From positions 16,244,001 to 16,308,000 of the forward strand of contig CM068748.1 in NCBI GenBank assembly GCA_035084275.1: DNA of 64,000 nucleotides, read 5' to 3'. Position numbers and translations under genes: made by a program. The notes under the pieces are model-generated. The model was not told the DNA's origin and ran no database searches. It saw only the letters and a program-made list of their open reading frames with translations. Below are positions 1 through 13,083 of this stretch, in pieces (within the stretch, counting starts at the first letter, position 1; each line of letters opens with the position of its first letter). Origin of the DNA: Hydrolagus colliei (Eukaryota).

Positions 1-1578
1 AACAAGCTAATAGTTTATGATAATTTTTTTTATTCTTGCCCTTTGTCAGTCTATCAATGGATTGCCTCTAGCTGCAGTTTTATCGAAGGGCTATAAAAAT
101 ATAGTTTATACAAGTTCATTCATTCATAATTGATATTTAAATCACTTTCTCTAATTTAGCTATTCTGACCCACTAACAGTCTCCAAATTATAATGTAATT
201 AAACCACCCTGTATTACAAAGAATTTTATTTCAGGACTAAATGGGCAAGTAAGCGAAAGAGCCTTCCTGTTCAAGAAGATCACTTCAGTGCTAAAATTGG
301 CAAACTACAGAAGTATTACACACATTTTAAAGTTACTAAAACTATTATAGCATATTATGAACAGCCAACCACAGAATAATGCTGCACAAGATATATTTCT
401 GACTCTCTTGCATTCCTACAAACCAATAATTTTCAGTGTTCAGAGAAGAAGGTGGTGCTAATCCAGTTAAAAGAATAATTGGGGAAAGGATTTTGAAGAA
501 AATCACCCCTTCAGGTCCAAAGGTAATTATACAGTACATTGTTCTATTATGACAACTGCATTCCTTGTTTAGATACATGCAACAGGAAACGTGGAGAAAC
601 AGAGAATCAGGTGGATTTGTGTGTGGAATGCCACAGTTTTCAGTCTGGTGGCACAGTGGAGCCTGACTACTGTAGTATCCAGTGCTAGAAATTAAACAAA
701 TCCTATTGGTAATTACTGTAAAAGGAAGAGAGAGTGTGCAGTTTTAGTTGAAAGGCTCCATATGAATACAAGTTGTGCTCTTGTTCACACTGGAATTGCC
801 TTTCCACAGTGAAGTGGAAAACTTCACTGACGAAGGTAAAACCGAATGAGTTCAAGTATTCTGAAAGTCTAACAATGATTTACTTCCTTCAAGCCTTCTT
901 ACACATTTAATGCCAAGTTTATCTTCACATATGGGTGATGCAGAACAATTTCAATCCAATATGGCTCTGCATCACCTTGCCCTGCCACTTCCATCAACAA
1001 TCACTCCTTTTACATCGCTGACAGAGCCAGAGGTAAAGCGGGAACCAAAGAAACTGATTCAAAGTTAGGTTTGTGGCATAAATTCTCTGCCTGTTGAAAC
1101 CTTCCACAATTTTTGGCAAAGATCAGCATAGATCAGGGGTGTTAAACATAGCTTGCAGAGGCAGCTCAGTTCATCCATGTATAAAAACAAAATGGCTGGC
1201 AGTAACACAGATATTTTAAAGGTTGCTATTTCCAAAAGTAAAAGTGCCTCCCCAGACTGCACATTTCATTTATGTGTTGCTGTAAAGTGAATACAACACT
1301 GGAGAGGATTTATTTTGAATAGCAACATACAAAGAAACCCATCATCATGCTTAGGAGTATCCAACCAAACTGATGCAGACCATCTATACACTAGAATTCC
1401 TGTGAATTGGAATGCAGAGGGGAACGAAATCTAGGCACAGTAGATAACATATTAAATTTAATATAGGGTGATCAAAACTCGTGATATCTACCCTATTATT
1501 TAAGACTTATTAGACATTGTAATAGAATTACAACTTTTTGGTCACCCAGTAAGTATATATATTTATTTATTGTGTATC

Positions 1579-1790
1579 CTTACATTTAATGTAGTGCTTG
1601 TCACATCGAGAGGATGTTTCAAAGCGTTTCATGGGATATATTGTAAATTGCAGTGACTGAGTATTTTGTAGGTAAACGTGGCAGCCAATTTGAACACAGC
1701 AATAGCCAACAAACAGTCATGCAGTTTTTTTTAAGAGGACTGTTAAGTTAGCCAGATCACTGGGAGATCCTTACTTCACTTTTCAAATAT
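1579..1790 (-). mobile_element. DeuSINE-type SINE, 3' part
   Basis: Reverse complement of the recurrent tgctgtg..caaattggctgcc..gttt..cctacaaaata...aatgtaag body and tail seen in many copies in this window. Confidence 0.7.
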
Positions 1791-4700
1791 GGAGGACAGC
1801 AGTCCAGGAGATACAAATTCACTTCAAAGGCAATAGAAAAATGCTCAACTTAGCTCAAAATGTTTTGCTAGCCTACAATTATAGCTTTAAGTGAACACAA
1901 CATAAATGAGACTTAAGTAGATAATATCTCTCCAGGTGTGATAAGAATAGAAGTTTAGTCAAGAGGTATTATCTAATCCCTTTGTGCACTGGTTTGCACA
2001 ATGAATAGCCACCAAGAGAAAAACATTCACCCAACCATGTTTTTGTAACCTCATTACATCCAAGTCAATAAATCTCTCCTGAAAAGGGGGATTTTTTATG
2101 TGTAGATTTTCTGTCAAATTGTTTTCCCTTACAGATGCAATCACCAAAAATAAGTAAATTTGGGGATGAATTCATCATCCATATCAACTATGTAAGCAGA
2201 TATTCAAGGAGAAAGGATCCATGAAAAAACGTGGAACTCTTGTTTGGTGAATCATAAAGCCATACAGACCAGAACATTGCAGGTTGTAAAACTCTTTGAT
2301 GTTCTTCATCATCAATAGACTGGCAACACTCAATGTCAAGACTGAAACATGAGTAATAGGTACTTCAGTGAGGTATTGGAGGGGTGATTTGTGCACTTGA
2401 ACTGTACTTCAGTGGAAGGTCAAAGGAGGTCAGCAGTCCCCTCGGGAGTGAAGAGAAAAACTGGCAAAATCGGAGGACTTTTTTTTTGAAAAACGGTAGA
2501 GAACAAATCTACTGAGGCGGGAGGGGTCCCTGTGGCTATGCCCTTATTGATCTGAAATTGTCAACTGCTGGTCAACAACATGAGATTAAAAAACCCCTGA
2601 AATAGTCAGCACTTGAGGTCACCTGTACATGTTTCCATCACAATGGACATCCCATCATGCTGCCTACACACCACTACACAGACACCAGCTGGAAAATTCG
2701 CAAAGCACATTGCAGCACTGTTAAAACTGCTCCAGGCAACCCCTCCCAATCCTTCAGAGACTGTTTACTTCTTTGTAAACACTGTTGCTTACAGACTCTC
2801 AGGCACCAGCTGATATTAGCCCTCACTTCTCCGAAACTGTTCAGAAAGTGAACTCTGTGATCTTTCCTATGATCTTTGGTGCTAAGCTGTGGTCAGCAGC
2901 ACAGTGAGTGCATTTAGGAACATGACATCTTTTTTTACTTTTCTTGGAATTTGCAAGTTCTTTTTTAAACTACCATATTAATTGCAGATCAAAGTCTGAG
3001 TATGGTTTGTGTGAAGAAAATAGAATGCATTAGCCCATTTAGAAATAAGTTTAAAGTGCTTCTCCAATGATTTTCAAAATATCTTGCTTGCTAATGAAAA
3101 TTCCTGCTTGTAAACAAGGACTGATTTGGAGAGCCTGTACATTCGTGTTGTCTCATATTTTATAATAGCATGAGAGATTGAGCAGGTTATATGAATAATG
3201 AACTTGTAATAAATTGAACTCTAATTATTTTTCTCACCGTCTGACACCTGCGAAAACCCATGGTGAAGAGTTTCTAAACCCAGATAGTAGTTCTACTTAT
3301 GCATGCCACCTACAAATGGAAATTTCCATGTATCTGAATGGGATAAGCACTCTCACTTCAGAGTGATTCACCTTGCTTACCAAGTTCTGAAGAGTAGTAT
3401 TATGCACAGATTGACAAGAGCCAAAGCTTGAGGACACCACAGTGTGCATTGGGGTTCTACTGGAGTTTAACCGCATTGCTTGTGATCTGTGTAGCAAGCT
3501 ACCAACTGCCAGCCTGGTTAGGACCAACTTACCTGTTAGGACTTTGGCTTGCAGCTTTAACAAAAGCCAAGCAGAAAGAATACCTTTCCCCAGTGAGCAA
3601 TCTGCTCCCAAAGTCCTTCCACTTTTTATAAAATACAAATGGAGAATAAACCAATTAAATTCGTACACAATTTAATCAATTCTATTTTGAAATGGAGAAT
3701 AAACCAATTTGAGATATTCAATCTGCATAAGGTAAAGCAAAACATTTATTTGGCATAGAGCTAAACAAATATGGAATCTCTATTGGGCGAGCTTTCTGGC
3801 TCTGAAAATATATCATCCCTTCAAATGCTGTAGTTCACCAGTGGGGGTGCTCCGAGCATGCTAAAGTATGTTATACATCAACACTTCAATATGGCAGATT
3901 TCCAACCCTGGACATGGCCTTACTCTGGAACACATGACAGCATCAAGCTCAGCACATTGCAATCTATTCCCTGAGAAGCAAGATTGATACAATGTGCACA
4001 TTGTTAAAAGTTCATCTTGCTTCCATTATAGTATGCAGAGTAGTAATAAATTACATTTAGTTTTCACAGGCTCAACCATGTGAACACCAAGTGTAAGCCA
4101 AGCCAGAGGAGGCCTGGATTTATAAGTACTACATCTGTATGAACAGAAGGTATTGTCATAAATTTTGAAGAAAGAATACACTCCAACAGATTTCAATTGA
4201 CTTTTATAACTTTTCTATAAATGTAAGTTTACAACTGCTGTTGTACCTCCTTCATTCATTTCCCCCTCTCATATTATTTGTGTGTATTTCACTCTACTTT
4301 TCAATCGCTTAAACTCACACGCCATTCCTCAACTAAAAGCCAAAGGACTGTCAAACCTCTGCCAATTCAAAATACTAAAAGATGTGAAAAAGCTGCCGGA
4401 GATGAATTACCCAACAATCTTTGTTGCCCACCATTGGAGATTCATCCAACGGGTGAGTTCTGTGCCCCCTTTCCTCCCACGGGGTGTGGAATACCCTGCC
4501 AAGAAAGGTGATAATGGCAGAGTCCAGTGTAGAATTCAAAAGGAAATGAGATCATCTACTGACTCAGGAATAATGTACACAGCTCATTAATCTCATTAAC
4601 GGGGATGGAAATGCAATTGTACATCAGATGCAAGTACAGTAGTAGTATTCATTAGCACAGAGGAATTTTGGGGTCCAATTAAGTAAACATTTATAGCAAA

Positions 4701-5229
4701 TCTTAACTAGAATACAAAACAGCAAAATTACATTTATAGAGCGTCTTGCACGTTGGGAGGACGTCCCAATACAGACTATGTAGGTGAATTGAACTTGGTT
4801 TGCAACAAAACTGATACCATTTTTTAGTTCTCGCTAATATTTTACTGTGGTATACAAGATGCCCTAGGTTTTTGCCTTGTAATTCATGGTGAATATTAAC
4901 ATGTAAAATAATATACATAACAAAACTAATTTGCAATTCCAACACGTTTTCAAAAATGCTAATGAAAAGCAGCTAGCGCAGAAAAGTTTATTCATTAGGG
5001 CAACTTGAGTTCAAAGAAATGTCAACTTAACAGGAACAATATGAACCTTGGTTGCAGGAAAGAACAATGTTAGTCAAGATGATATCAGTTTCCATTCAGT
5101 AATAACTGTGGGTAAGGTAATTGCCACATTGTCAACCAGGATTTTCAACATGACAGTTTCGTCATTTTTACAAGTAGTATAGAGTTACACATGAGATTCC
5201 AATTTTTGTAGATTTAAATTTTGGAGATT

Positions 5230-5445
5230 TGTTTTCACTCAAAGAGATGTTGTGGAATATCTGGCCAAAGAAGTTAGTAGAGCGAGTTCATTGTGGGATT
5301 CAAAAGGGAAGAAAGGTTTATCAAAGTTAGATGCTTGAGCTAGGTGTTCTGCTGTTGGCACTGGGATTGAAAGTGCTACTTGCTGTGTGACCTTTGAAGA
5401 CTCAATCGGCTGAATGACCTTCGTTGCATTATGATTCTATGAATT
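5230..5445 (+). mobile_element. Decayed CR1 LINE 3' end
   Basis: ggctgaatgacct...tatgattctatga CR1-type tail, similar to the 48430-48806 copy. Confidence 0.55.
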
Positions 5446-5792
5446 TAATCAATGCAGAATGAATCTCAGAAATAGATGTAATTCTCCACTTCACCGCTTC
5501 CAACATTCAACTTTGTGACATAAAATCACATGCTGTCCGATTTTCCTCAACTCATTGGTGGCCATCAGAAGAGTAGTTTCAGATGAAGAAAATAATTCTG
5601 TCTATTTCATCTTATATTTTAAGAATACAAAATACTGTCAGCACATTTCTCCACAACCAATTACAGAAAATAGCAGGGCTGAATCAGGAGGTTGAATGAA
5701 ACCTTGATTGGATATTACAATAAAAAATTATGTAAATGTAAATTGTATTTTCTCACTCGCAATATAATTTAGCTTCTGCTCAGAAATAGCTT

Positions 5793-5970
5793 CAACAACA
5801 AAACTTACATTTATATATATAGCGCCTTTCACGTCGAGAGGACGTCCCAAGGCGCTGTACAGTCAGGTAGGACAAGAGCAGGGTGGGAAGGATCAGGGCA
5901 GGATGAAGAATAGTAGGAAAAGTAACTGTATATTAGTGGGCGAAACGTGGCAGCCAAATTGCGCACAGCT
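5793..5970 (-). mobile_element. L2-type tail plus adjacent DeuSINE fragment
   Basis: caacaacaaaacttacatttatat..agcgcctttcacgtc..ggacgtcccaaggcgc tail, followed by gtgggcgaaacgtggcagccaaattgcgcacagc. Confidence 0.7.
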
Positions 5971-6299
5971 TCTTGCAGTGGAAGCACGGTAACTTTTGAA
6001 CTTTGGTATTCTAATGCCCAACATTGGAGTTCAGCATATGTGGTTAAGTTATATGTGTGTTTAGTTGTGTATTCTCAGACTGTCCAGAGTCTCCCAAGCT
6101 GGAATCGGGAAATATTAAATGACGCCCGATCATGATCACTTTACGCTTCACTTTCAGTAGAATAAACTAGGCATTTATTTCGCACGGCAAGTGAACTATA
6201 ATTTATAAACTTGGTCTCACATCACAAAGCTAAGTCATCATCTATAATGTATTATTCCATGACTAAATACTGAAATGTATTACATTAAGCTAGAGAAAT

Positions 6300-6560
6300 G
6301 AGTAGCAGAGTGGGTTAAGCACATAGTCATTTCACCCCTGGGACTGGTATTCAAATCTTACCCAGAATGATGGAATAAAGACATACTGACTTCGACACCT
6401 GTAATAGTCCCAAGTGAAATGAACTTGGCCATTCTCAATCACGTGCTTAGCAGTGGCAAGTCCAAAGTACAAAACTACTTAAACTTTGCCTGTAACTGGG
6501 ATTAGATTGGTATTATAATTCAAAAAAGGCCATGAGGATAGCCAGTATGAAAAATGGGAA
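6300..6560 (+). mobile_element. LF-SINE-like ancient tRNA-derived SINE (may extend to about 6720)
   Basis: Colinear similarity to the recalled LF-SINE consensus: tttcacccctgggactggtattcaaatcttacccag vs TTTCACCTCTAGGTCACTGGGTTCAAATCCAGCCCAG, and gtgaaatgaacttgg..tctcaatc..cttag..gtcca..acaaaactac vs GTGAAATGAGTTGG..TCTCAGTC..CCTAG..GTCCA..ACAAAACCAC. Confidence 0.55.
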
Positions 6561-8209
6561 TGTCACATTGGTGCAGTGCTAAAGTTGAAGTGCAAGCAAT
6601 AGTTTGCGAGAGAAAGCAAAGCAAAATTTTGTTCTGCGTCTAACGTATGATGCATTTTATCTGAGATTGCCCACCCTGGCATTAAGGGTAAAAAGTAGAG
6701 AGCTGTTTCATTCCACAGAACTCTCATCTGTTGGCTTGATGAAAATAGAGTAGAAGCAATTGGTATACAGGTACAGTATTTGTTTGAGGGTCATCTTGAT
6801 GTGGTAGCTGACTGATAAAGGTATTTCTATGCAATTCTGTTCTGAAATTTTTTTGCACCCACCAACATAATAATCCCATCCATATATGTTTTACCTCATC
6901 CCACAACCACAATAATTTCAGTGCTTCAGTCACATGCTTAATTCATTGAGTGATCAGAAGACTACAATATTTATTACATGAATGGTTACTGCCAGAATAC
7001 AAGCATTCAAAGTGCAAATGGTATAATTGTGAAAACTGTGGCAGGTGTCTTCTGCCCTCAGATAATGTTTCTGAAAGATTATAATTTTTCCATTGAATCT
7101 CCAGAATATGAACCCCATACACAAGAGTGTAGATCAAATGTCTACATCTTTGGGCCAGGGAAAGCTACGTGAATTGCTGCATACAAGCACGTCATATTGT
7201 ACAATGAATACGCCGAGTGTGGCTTACCTTGTGAAAATTGGTTGCGGGCAACAAGATATCAGTTATAAAATAACCCGCTGTGCATATGCCAGCTCAGAGT
7301 CAACATCACACGAGTCTAGCAAACTTTTCACACAAACAGTAATGAAGATTTTTCTTTACTGTAATTTCTACTGTACAGTTTGGGTTTAGAGAGATTGTAG
7401 TAGTAGAATGTTTTTGTTGACTAGACTATTGCCAATTTATATTTGGCATGATGTCCAATTATCTGCACTATGTGTTTATCCACAATAGGTCTGGTCCCAA
7501 TTAAAGGAAACATTTGGCTGTCCACTCACCAATGAAAAAGAACACCTGGAAATGCATCCTCTCTAGTCCATGGATCATAGCAACTGATGCTCACACCTTT
7601 TGTTTTCATCGCCTTCCATCTGAAAGGACCCTACTGTTCTAATTGAGACATAAACCAATGTCAATATAAAATCTAGTGTTGCCACCTACCATTTTCTTCC
7701 AAACATCATTGCGACATTCTGACAATCAAATCTTTACTTTCTCCTGAAAAATCAATCTTATTTAAATACTGACAAATCAAGGATAACAGCAAGTAAAGAA
7801 CCTTGTAAAAGCTGGGTACATTATAATTGAAATTATGTGAAGGGTAATATAATTACCCTTCACGTTTCTTTAAGTTAACCGTATGTAATTCAAAGTAATT
7901 ATTATGATATTCAATGTCACAGAAGGAAGGTGTTTATAAAAGACAACTAAATTAAGCGATTTGTTATGAAATTGCATAGGGTTAGAAATTCTTCAATCTA
8001 TGTTCACCTTTTCTCTTGCTCGGCATCTAACCTAAGCACTGTGCAGTGCTTCCAGGCCCTATCCTGCAAGAAAGACACTTTAAATTCAAGTTATTGTTGT
8101 AGGGTGATGCAGCATGTTAATGACTTATATCCACATAGAGTAGCAAAGACTTTCATTTCGACCACTGTACAAAGAGGTTCGGGGTCCAAAGATAACATTT
8201 CACAAACAC

Positions 8210-8400
8210 AAACAGAAGTTGCTGGGGAAATTCAGCAGGTCAGGAAGCATCCATGAAGAAAGGAAAAGGAGTCAACGTTTCGGGTCTACAACCCTTCGTC
8301 ATGAGTTCTGATGAAGGGTTGTAGACCCAAAACGTTGACTCCTTTTCCTTTCTCCATGGATGCTGCCTGACCTGCTGAGTTTCCCCAGGAACTTCTGTTT
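8210..8400. mobile_element. Palindromic Penelope-like element terminal fragment with target-site duplication
   Basis: Inverted arms 8210-8301 and 8309-8400 (92 bp each, 6 mismatches). Flanked by 15-bp direct repeats TAAC(A/T)TTTCACAAAC at 8193-8207 and 8404-8418. Confidence 0.8.
8303..8341 (+). ncRNA. Minimal type I hammerhead ribozyme motif, probably inactivated
   Basis: Stem I GAGUU/GACUC, core CUGAUGA, stem II GGGU-UGUAG-ACCC, AAAA in place of GAAA (the opposite arm keeps GAAA), palindromic AACGUU stem III. Confidence 0.6.
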
Positions 8401-8632
8401 TAGTAACTTTTCACAAACCTGGTACACTGCTTCTATCGTTATGATATCTATCACAATGGCTTCCTCTGTTAGTGAAAGTTGTCATCAATTACATTGCTGA
8501 AAGACAAGCATTTCAAAACATAGATGATTTGGACAGTAGTTTTAAACAACAAGTTCCCATCTAATCTCTATTGCCAGCTTCATCCTGCATTGCCAATTTT
8601 ATGTCCAATACTTATGACGACAACAACAACTT

Positions 8633-8770
8633 CATAGAATCATAGAATGTTATGACACAGAAGGAGGCCATTTGGCCCATCTAGTCTGTGCCAGCTCTTT
8701 GACCGAGCAAGTCACTTTTGTTAACCCCAAACACCAGCTTTCTCCCCATAACCCTGCAAACCCGTCTTCC
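8633..8770 (-). mobile_element. CR1 LINE 3' end
   Basis: catagaatcatagaat...cacagaaggaggccatttggcccatc is the reverse complement of a CR1 tail with (attctatg)n repeats. Confidence 0.75.
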
Positions 8771-10774
8771 CCAGAAGACAAAGAAATGCAAATAAACTTG
8801 CATTTATCTAGCACCCTTCACACTAGGTGGCTATATGACAGCCAATCTTAAATCACGATTCCTTAACATCAGAGAGAATTAATCTTATTGCTTGCAGAAG
8901 GTTAGCAGGTCTACAACAGCATTATTATTATTGCAGAAATACAACCAAAATACTGTCTGCAGAACCCATCAGACCATGACGTTGGCTATTTTGCATTCTC
9001 AAGAGAATGTGCAGAATTTGTTTTAACCAATGTGAAAAATTAATAGACTTCACTCCATTCTTTGTTTGACTCCCAATCCACTTGAAATCTAAGTCCTATT
9101 CTTTTGAGCCCCCTGTTCTATGACTAATCAGCACATTATATTTTGTGCACTAGAACCATATGTTATGCAAATTGACATCAATAAGCAGCTTTTCAGCTTT
9201 CTTTGTGTTACAGCCACTTACTGAGAAGTAAATGATCTCACTGCCATTATAGTTAGGAGCAGAAAAGCATTGTTTCCAGCCTGTATCATGCATATCCAGT
9301 ATTTAGGCCAGTAAGGGTGGTGGGGGGGGGAGGAGAAATTCTATTGAGTATTAACAACAGTATTAAGGAGTATTTTATATTTCATATTATGTTTACACAC
9401 AGGCTGACATACTTCAAATCACCTGATAGATTTATGATGATAAACATTCAATGCAGTTGCAGCCTCTTGATTCTCAGTGCCAATAAAGCTTGAATCTGCC
9501 AAAATGCAATGAAATGATTTCTGGCAGTTTTTTTTGCCGGGCTGATGATTATGTCACAAATAAATTTCCATCAACAGAGAGATGATACTGAGCAATGAAA
9601 CACCAATACACAACTCCACAAAGTGTGAAGACACAAGGATTGATCCCTTATGCCTTCATTTGCATATTACTGTATATGTTTTGCAATTCTTTTGGCTGAG
9701 GTATTTGTTCTCCAAAACATAGATTGCATGTGTCCCGAGCATATGTGTACATTTAAAAAAATAAATGATTTTACTCAAGAATATTTAGCAAATAATTTTT
9801 CAACTAAAACTAGGAATGGACTCTCTTCTCTTTGGTATGTTTAGCAGTCTTAAATAAATTGAGACTGGGTAGTACTCAACCAAAATCCAGTTTATCGACC
9901 CAGAGAACAAAACTGGTCATTATTCTACACTAATTGACAATCATTCAGAGACAGCATACAGATGGATAACTGTCATGGGACACTGTAAGAGAGATTCAAG
10001 CTTTGGGTTGGGAAAAGATGGATAAGTGTACATATCTCTGTGGAAGTTGAGCATGGTGTGTAATGGGCAAAGCCAGTTCTTGCAAAACTCATTCAGATTG
10101 CTAAACGCCCATTAGTTCATTGTCCACATTCCACATATCTGTTGTGTATGTATGTATGTGGTCGTGGTGGTGGTGGTCGGGGGGTGGCGGGGGGGGAATT
10201 TTACATCAGCATAAGAAAGTGAAAAAAAACTGACTATTTGATTGGCAACTGTGGAAAATAAAACTGGTGAAGTATAGCAATTTGTTTTTGGAGGTAAGGG
10301 ATAAAGTATACTCTTGAAGCGAACTTACTCCACACAGTTATTAATTTATTATTATATCCAGTTACAATTATTGTTCTGTATTTCAGCTGAGAATCCTTAC
10401 ATGAGTTATCCAAAGCAGGATAGGTATTTCCTAACATTTTGTTTCTCTCTTTGATCATTAAACAGGCAAGTACTATAAAATAATGAATTAATGGTGTTGG
10501 TTTTGCAACCTACTGTATCACGAAAAATTAGTGCTGATGGTTTACAAGGTGTAAACTGTAAAATATCTCATTAGTACAATTTTTTGACGATATGTCAATG
10601 AGTTGAACCTCATGGCTACACTGGAGTTGCTGGCATTGCCTTCAATGTTATCAGACAGTGAAAATCTTGTCAAATTTATCATGTATTCATTTACTGTTAA
10701 ACAGAACATTTCTCAAATTTCTTTCTCTTACTCCCCCCACCCACCTGTGAAAGGGCTATCTTTTCCTGGGGTAC

Positions 10775-11100
10775 GGATGGTATCAAAGCAACTATGTCTC
10801 AGCGACCATTCTTTATGTGTGAAAGTAGGGAGTGCGTGTCAGTAGGACACTCAACCATAGGGGGCAACAAAGCAGTGCTTGATACAGTTCTCACCTCACA
10901 CACAAACACGCGCAAGCAAGCACACATGTACATTTTCTGACAGGGGTCACTGGATAACAATCAGAAGTAAGGACTCTCCCTGATTTTCTCCTCAGTGGCT
11001 GAGAGCACTGAGACCAATTGTAGATCTCCAACTGCTGCCCGGTCCAGGAGTCAGCACAGGTCTGAGATTGATCTTGTGACCTTCATCATGTGCAGGTTTC
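10775..11100 (-). mobile_element. Old SINE-like repeat, family B
   Basis: caggggtcactggataacaatcag..ctgattttctcc..gcactgagaccaattgtag..tcagcacag motif order is shared with the 24075, 26440 and 58690 copies. Confidence 0.6.
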
Positions 11101-12125
11101 CATATTCAGATATACACCACGTGGGTACATTTGCCCAGTGAACTAGAGGCTTAACTTCATTAAAGTACGTTACAAAACAAAAGCTGAAGCAAAAGATCTT
11201 ATCAAATGGAAGACTTGTCCAAGGTTTAATGATCTAGTCAAATTTGCATAACATGTAAGAAACTAATCGAATTTGGGATCACCAATAGAAAATTAAGCTT
11301 GCTATATGGGGTTTTAGGCAACTTTGGCTGCAAATCTCTTTTTGATTTATTTAATTGAATGAAACAGCTGTGTAGCATAGGATTACACTAAACAATTATA
11401 TGCTCTGAAAACTAATAGAATAAACTTTCAAACAGATGTAATCTTTAGCAATTAACTATATTTTGTGACATCCTGTAATAGCTGCAACAATCCTCATGAA
11501 AATACAAGCTTCCATTCAGGCATCCAAAGCCATATCTAAAGGCCTTCACTTTCTAAAAGGGCTTGCTGATGTTTGTTGACAAGACTGAATGGGGTTACTT
11601 GTTGTCATGGTGCAAAACACTGTATTTATTTTCCTTTTATTGCTAGCAACAGGGAGCCTTTTTTAAATATACAAACCAACGTGCTTTGTATCTCCATCAC
11701 TATCTGAATTTCACAGTCCAGTTTCCTACTGTGTACTTTGTGTCATCTATTCAAGCAGTCAATTATTGCAGGGCTTCATCAAAATTTTTGAAGAATTAGC
11801 AAAAGTGGGGAAATTAAACATATTATCTTAAAACAGCTCGATCTCTTCATTTCACACAAGTCGTCAAAATCTTTCACACACAAACTGCTCACTTTTATGC
11901 TGACCATTCCTTTCTCAAGAGTGATTATTTCATCAATATTGAAGTCACTGCACAGCACTTTGAAACTTAGCGCTGGTTTACTTCAATGGTCTTGAATTGC
12001 AGTACTGTAATTAGGTATGCAAAAAATTCTCACACAAAGCCAATGATGTGGAAATCTAGACAACTGTACATTACTAGTTTATAGTTTTTTTTATAGTCTC
12101 CTACTAAGTTTTGACTACATTTTAA

Positions 12126-12302
12126 ATCGGTCATTTCAATCCATAACTGTTTCTAGGACACTGATGTGTGCAATTGGCTGTCGCGTTTCGCCCACAAATA
12201 TACAATCAATTCATTTTACAGTATATTCTGTGAAGTGCTTTGAGATGTCTGGATGACACGAAAAGCGCTATATCAAATGCAAGGATTATTATTATTGTTA
12301 TT
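12126..12302 (+). mobile_element. Younger tRNA-headed DeuSINE (family A), 5'-truncated
   Basis: ggacactgatgtgtgcaattggctg..cccacaaatatac..aaagcgctatatcaaatgcaaggattattattatt; closely similar to the 27k, 37k and 53k copies. Confidence 0.8.
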
Positions 12303-12494
12303 AGAACAAGAGATTTTGATCTCTACAGGAAGCTAACGGTCTCCTGAACTCATACTGGAGTTTCTCTGCTTTCTCCCTCCCTATGAAATTAAGCATTAGA
12401 CATCAGACTATGCCTTCAGCCACATTTCTCCTTGGCCCTGGCTCCCCACCCTTAGTTGTGTGCAAATTTACAGAGTTTTAGCAAAACACACCAA

Positions 12495-12725
12495 GAGAGA
12501 AAAAAGGTTAAAAGCAGATCAGAGCGAATGAGGGACACCATGGGATAAAAGAAATTCAGAGAGGTAGAAAGTTAGAATGAGTCAGGGATTGAGCCAGAGT
12601 GAGAAAATGGCAAAAGGTGAGAAAAAGAGACAATGTTAAAGTGAGGTAGAAAGATAGAATTTCAGGAAAGAAAGTGAACAAGAGAAAGTTAGAGAAAATA
12701 GGCAGAAAGAGACAAAAAAAAAAGG
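12495..12725. repeat. Purine (GA)-rich low-complexity tract
   Basis: Strong A/G bias over about 230 bp; explains the F/L-rich ORF 12556..12744. Confidence 0.6.
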
Positions 12726-13083
12726 CTGGCACAATGGGGTACACAAGAGAGTTACAAGCTTTTGGTTAGCTAAGTTGCATTGTGTTTAACAACGTGTTTG
12801 TTATCCACATGGTTTCCACATCCATAATGGGGCCTGTCCTAATTTGTATGGATATCAGGCTTTTAATTTTATATATCACACTTCACCTCAGTGGGCATGC
12901 ACTTCCTGGCAAGTGGTCTCCAAACTATCAGACCACTAATGAGCCACACAGCTGATTATTGTCAGGTGATGGGGCTGATTGAGCAACTATCAGGCCATCT
13001 GCACCATGGAGCAAGGGAGCCTCCACTTAATCGCTGATAAAGTGCAAAGATTATTATCCGAGACTGTAACACTCACAGCAAAC

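Noticed and set aside
3637-3709. Repeat-spacer-repeat resembling CRISPR
   Set aside because: Only two non-palindromic 20-bp units in vertebrate intronic DNA, with no cas genes.
8303-8341. Identity with the ultraconserved amniote intronic hammerheads HH9/HH10
   Set aside because: Those lie in RECK and C10orf118, not C10orf11/LRMDA; this motif is minimal, TSD-flanked and transposon-borne.
10010-10095. Minus-strand HYTP peptide resembling the next LRMDA exon
   Set aside because: It continues CSTSTEIC rather than LP, has an in-frame stop shortly upstream, and has no phase-0 acceptor or suitable donor.
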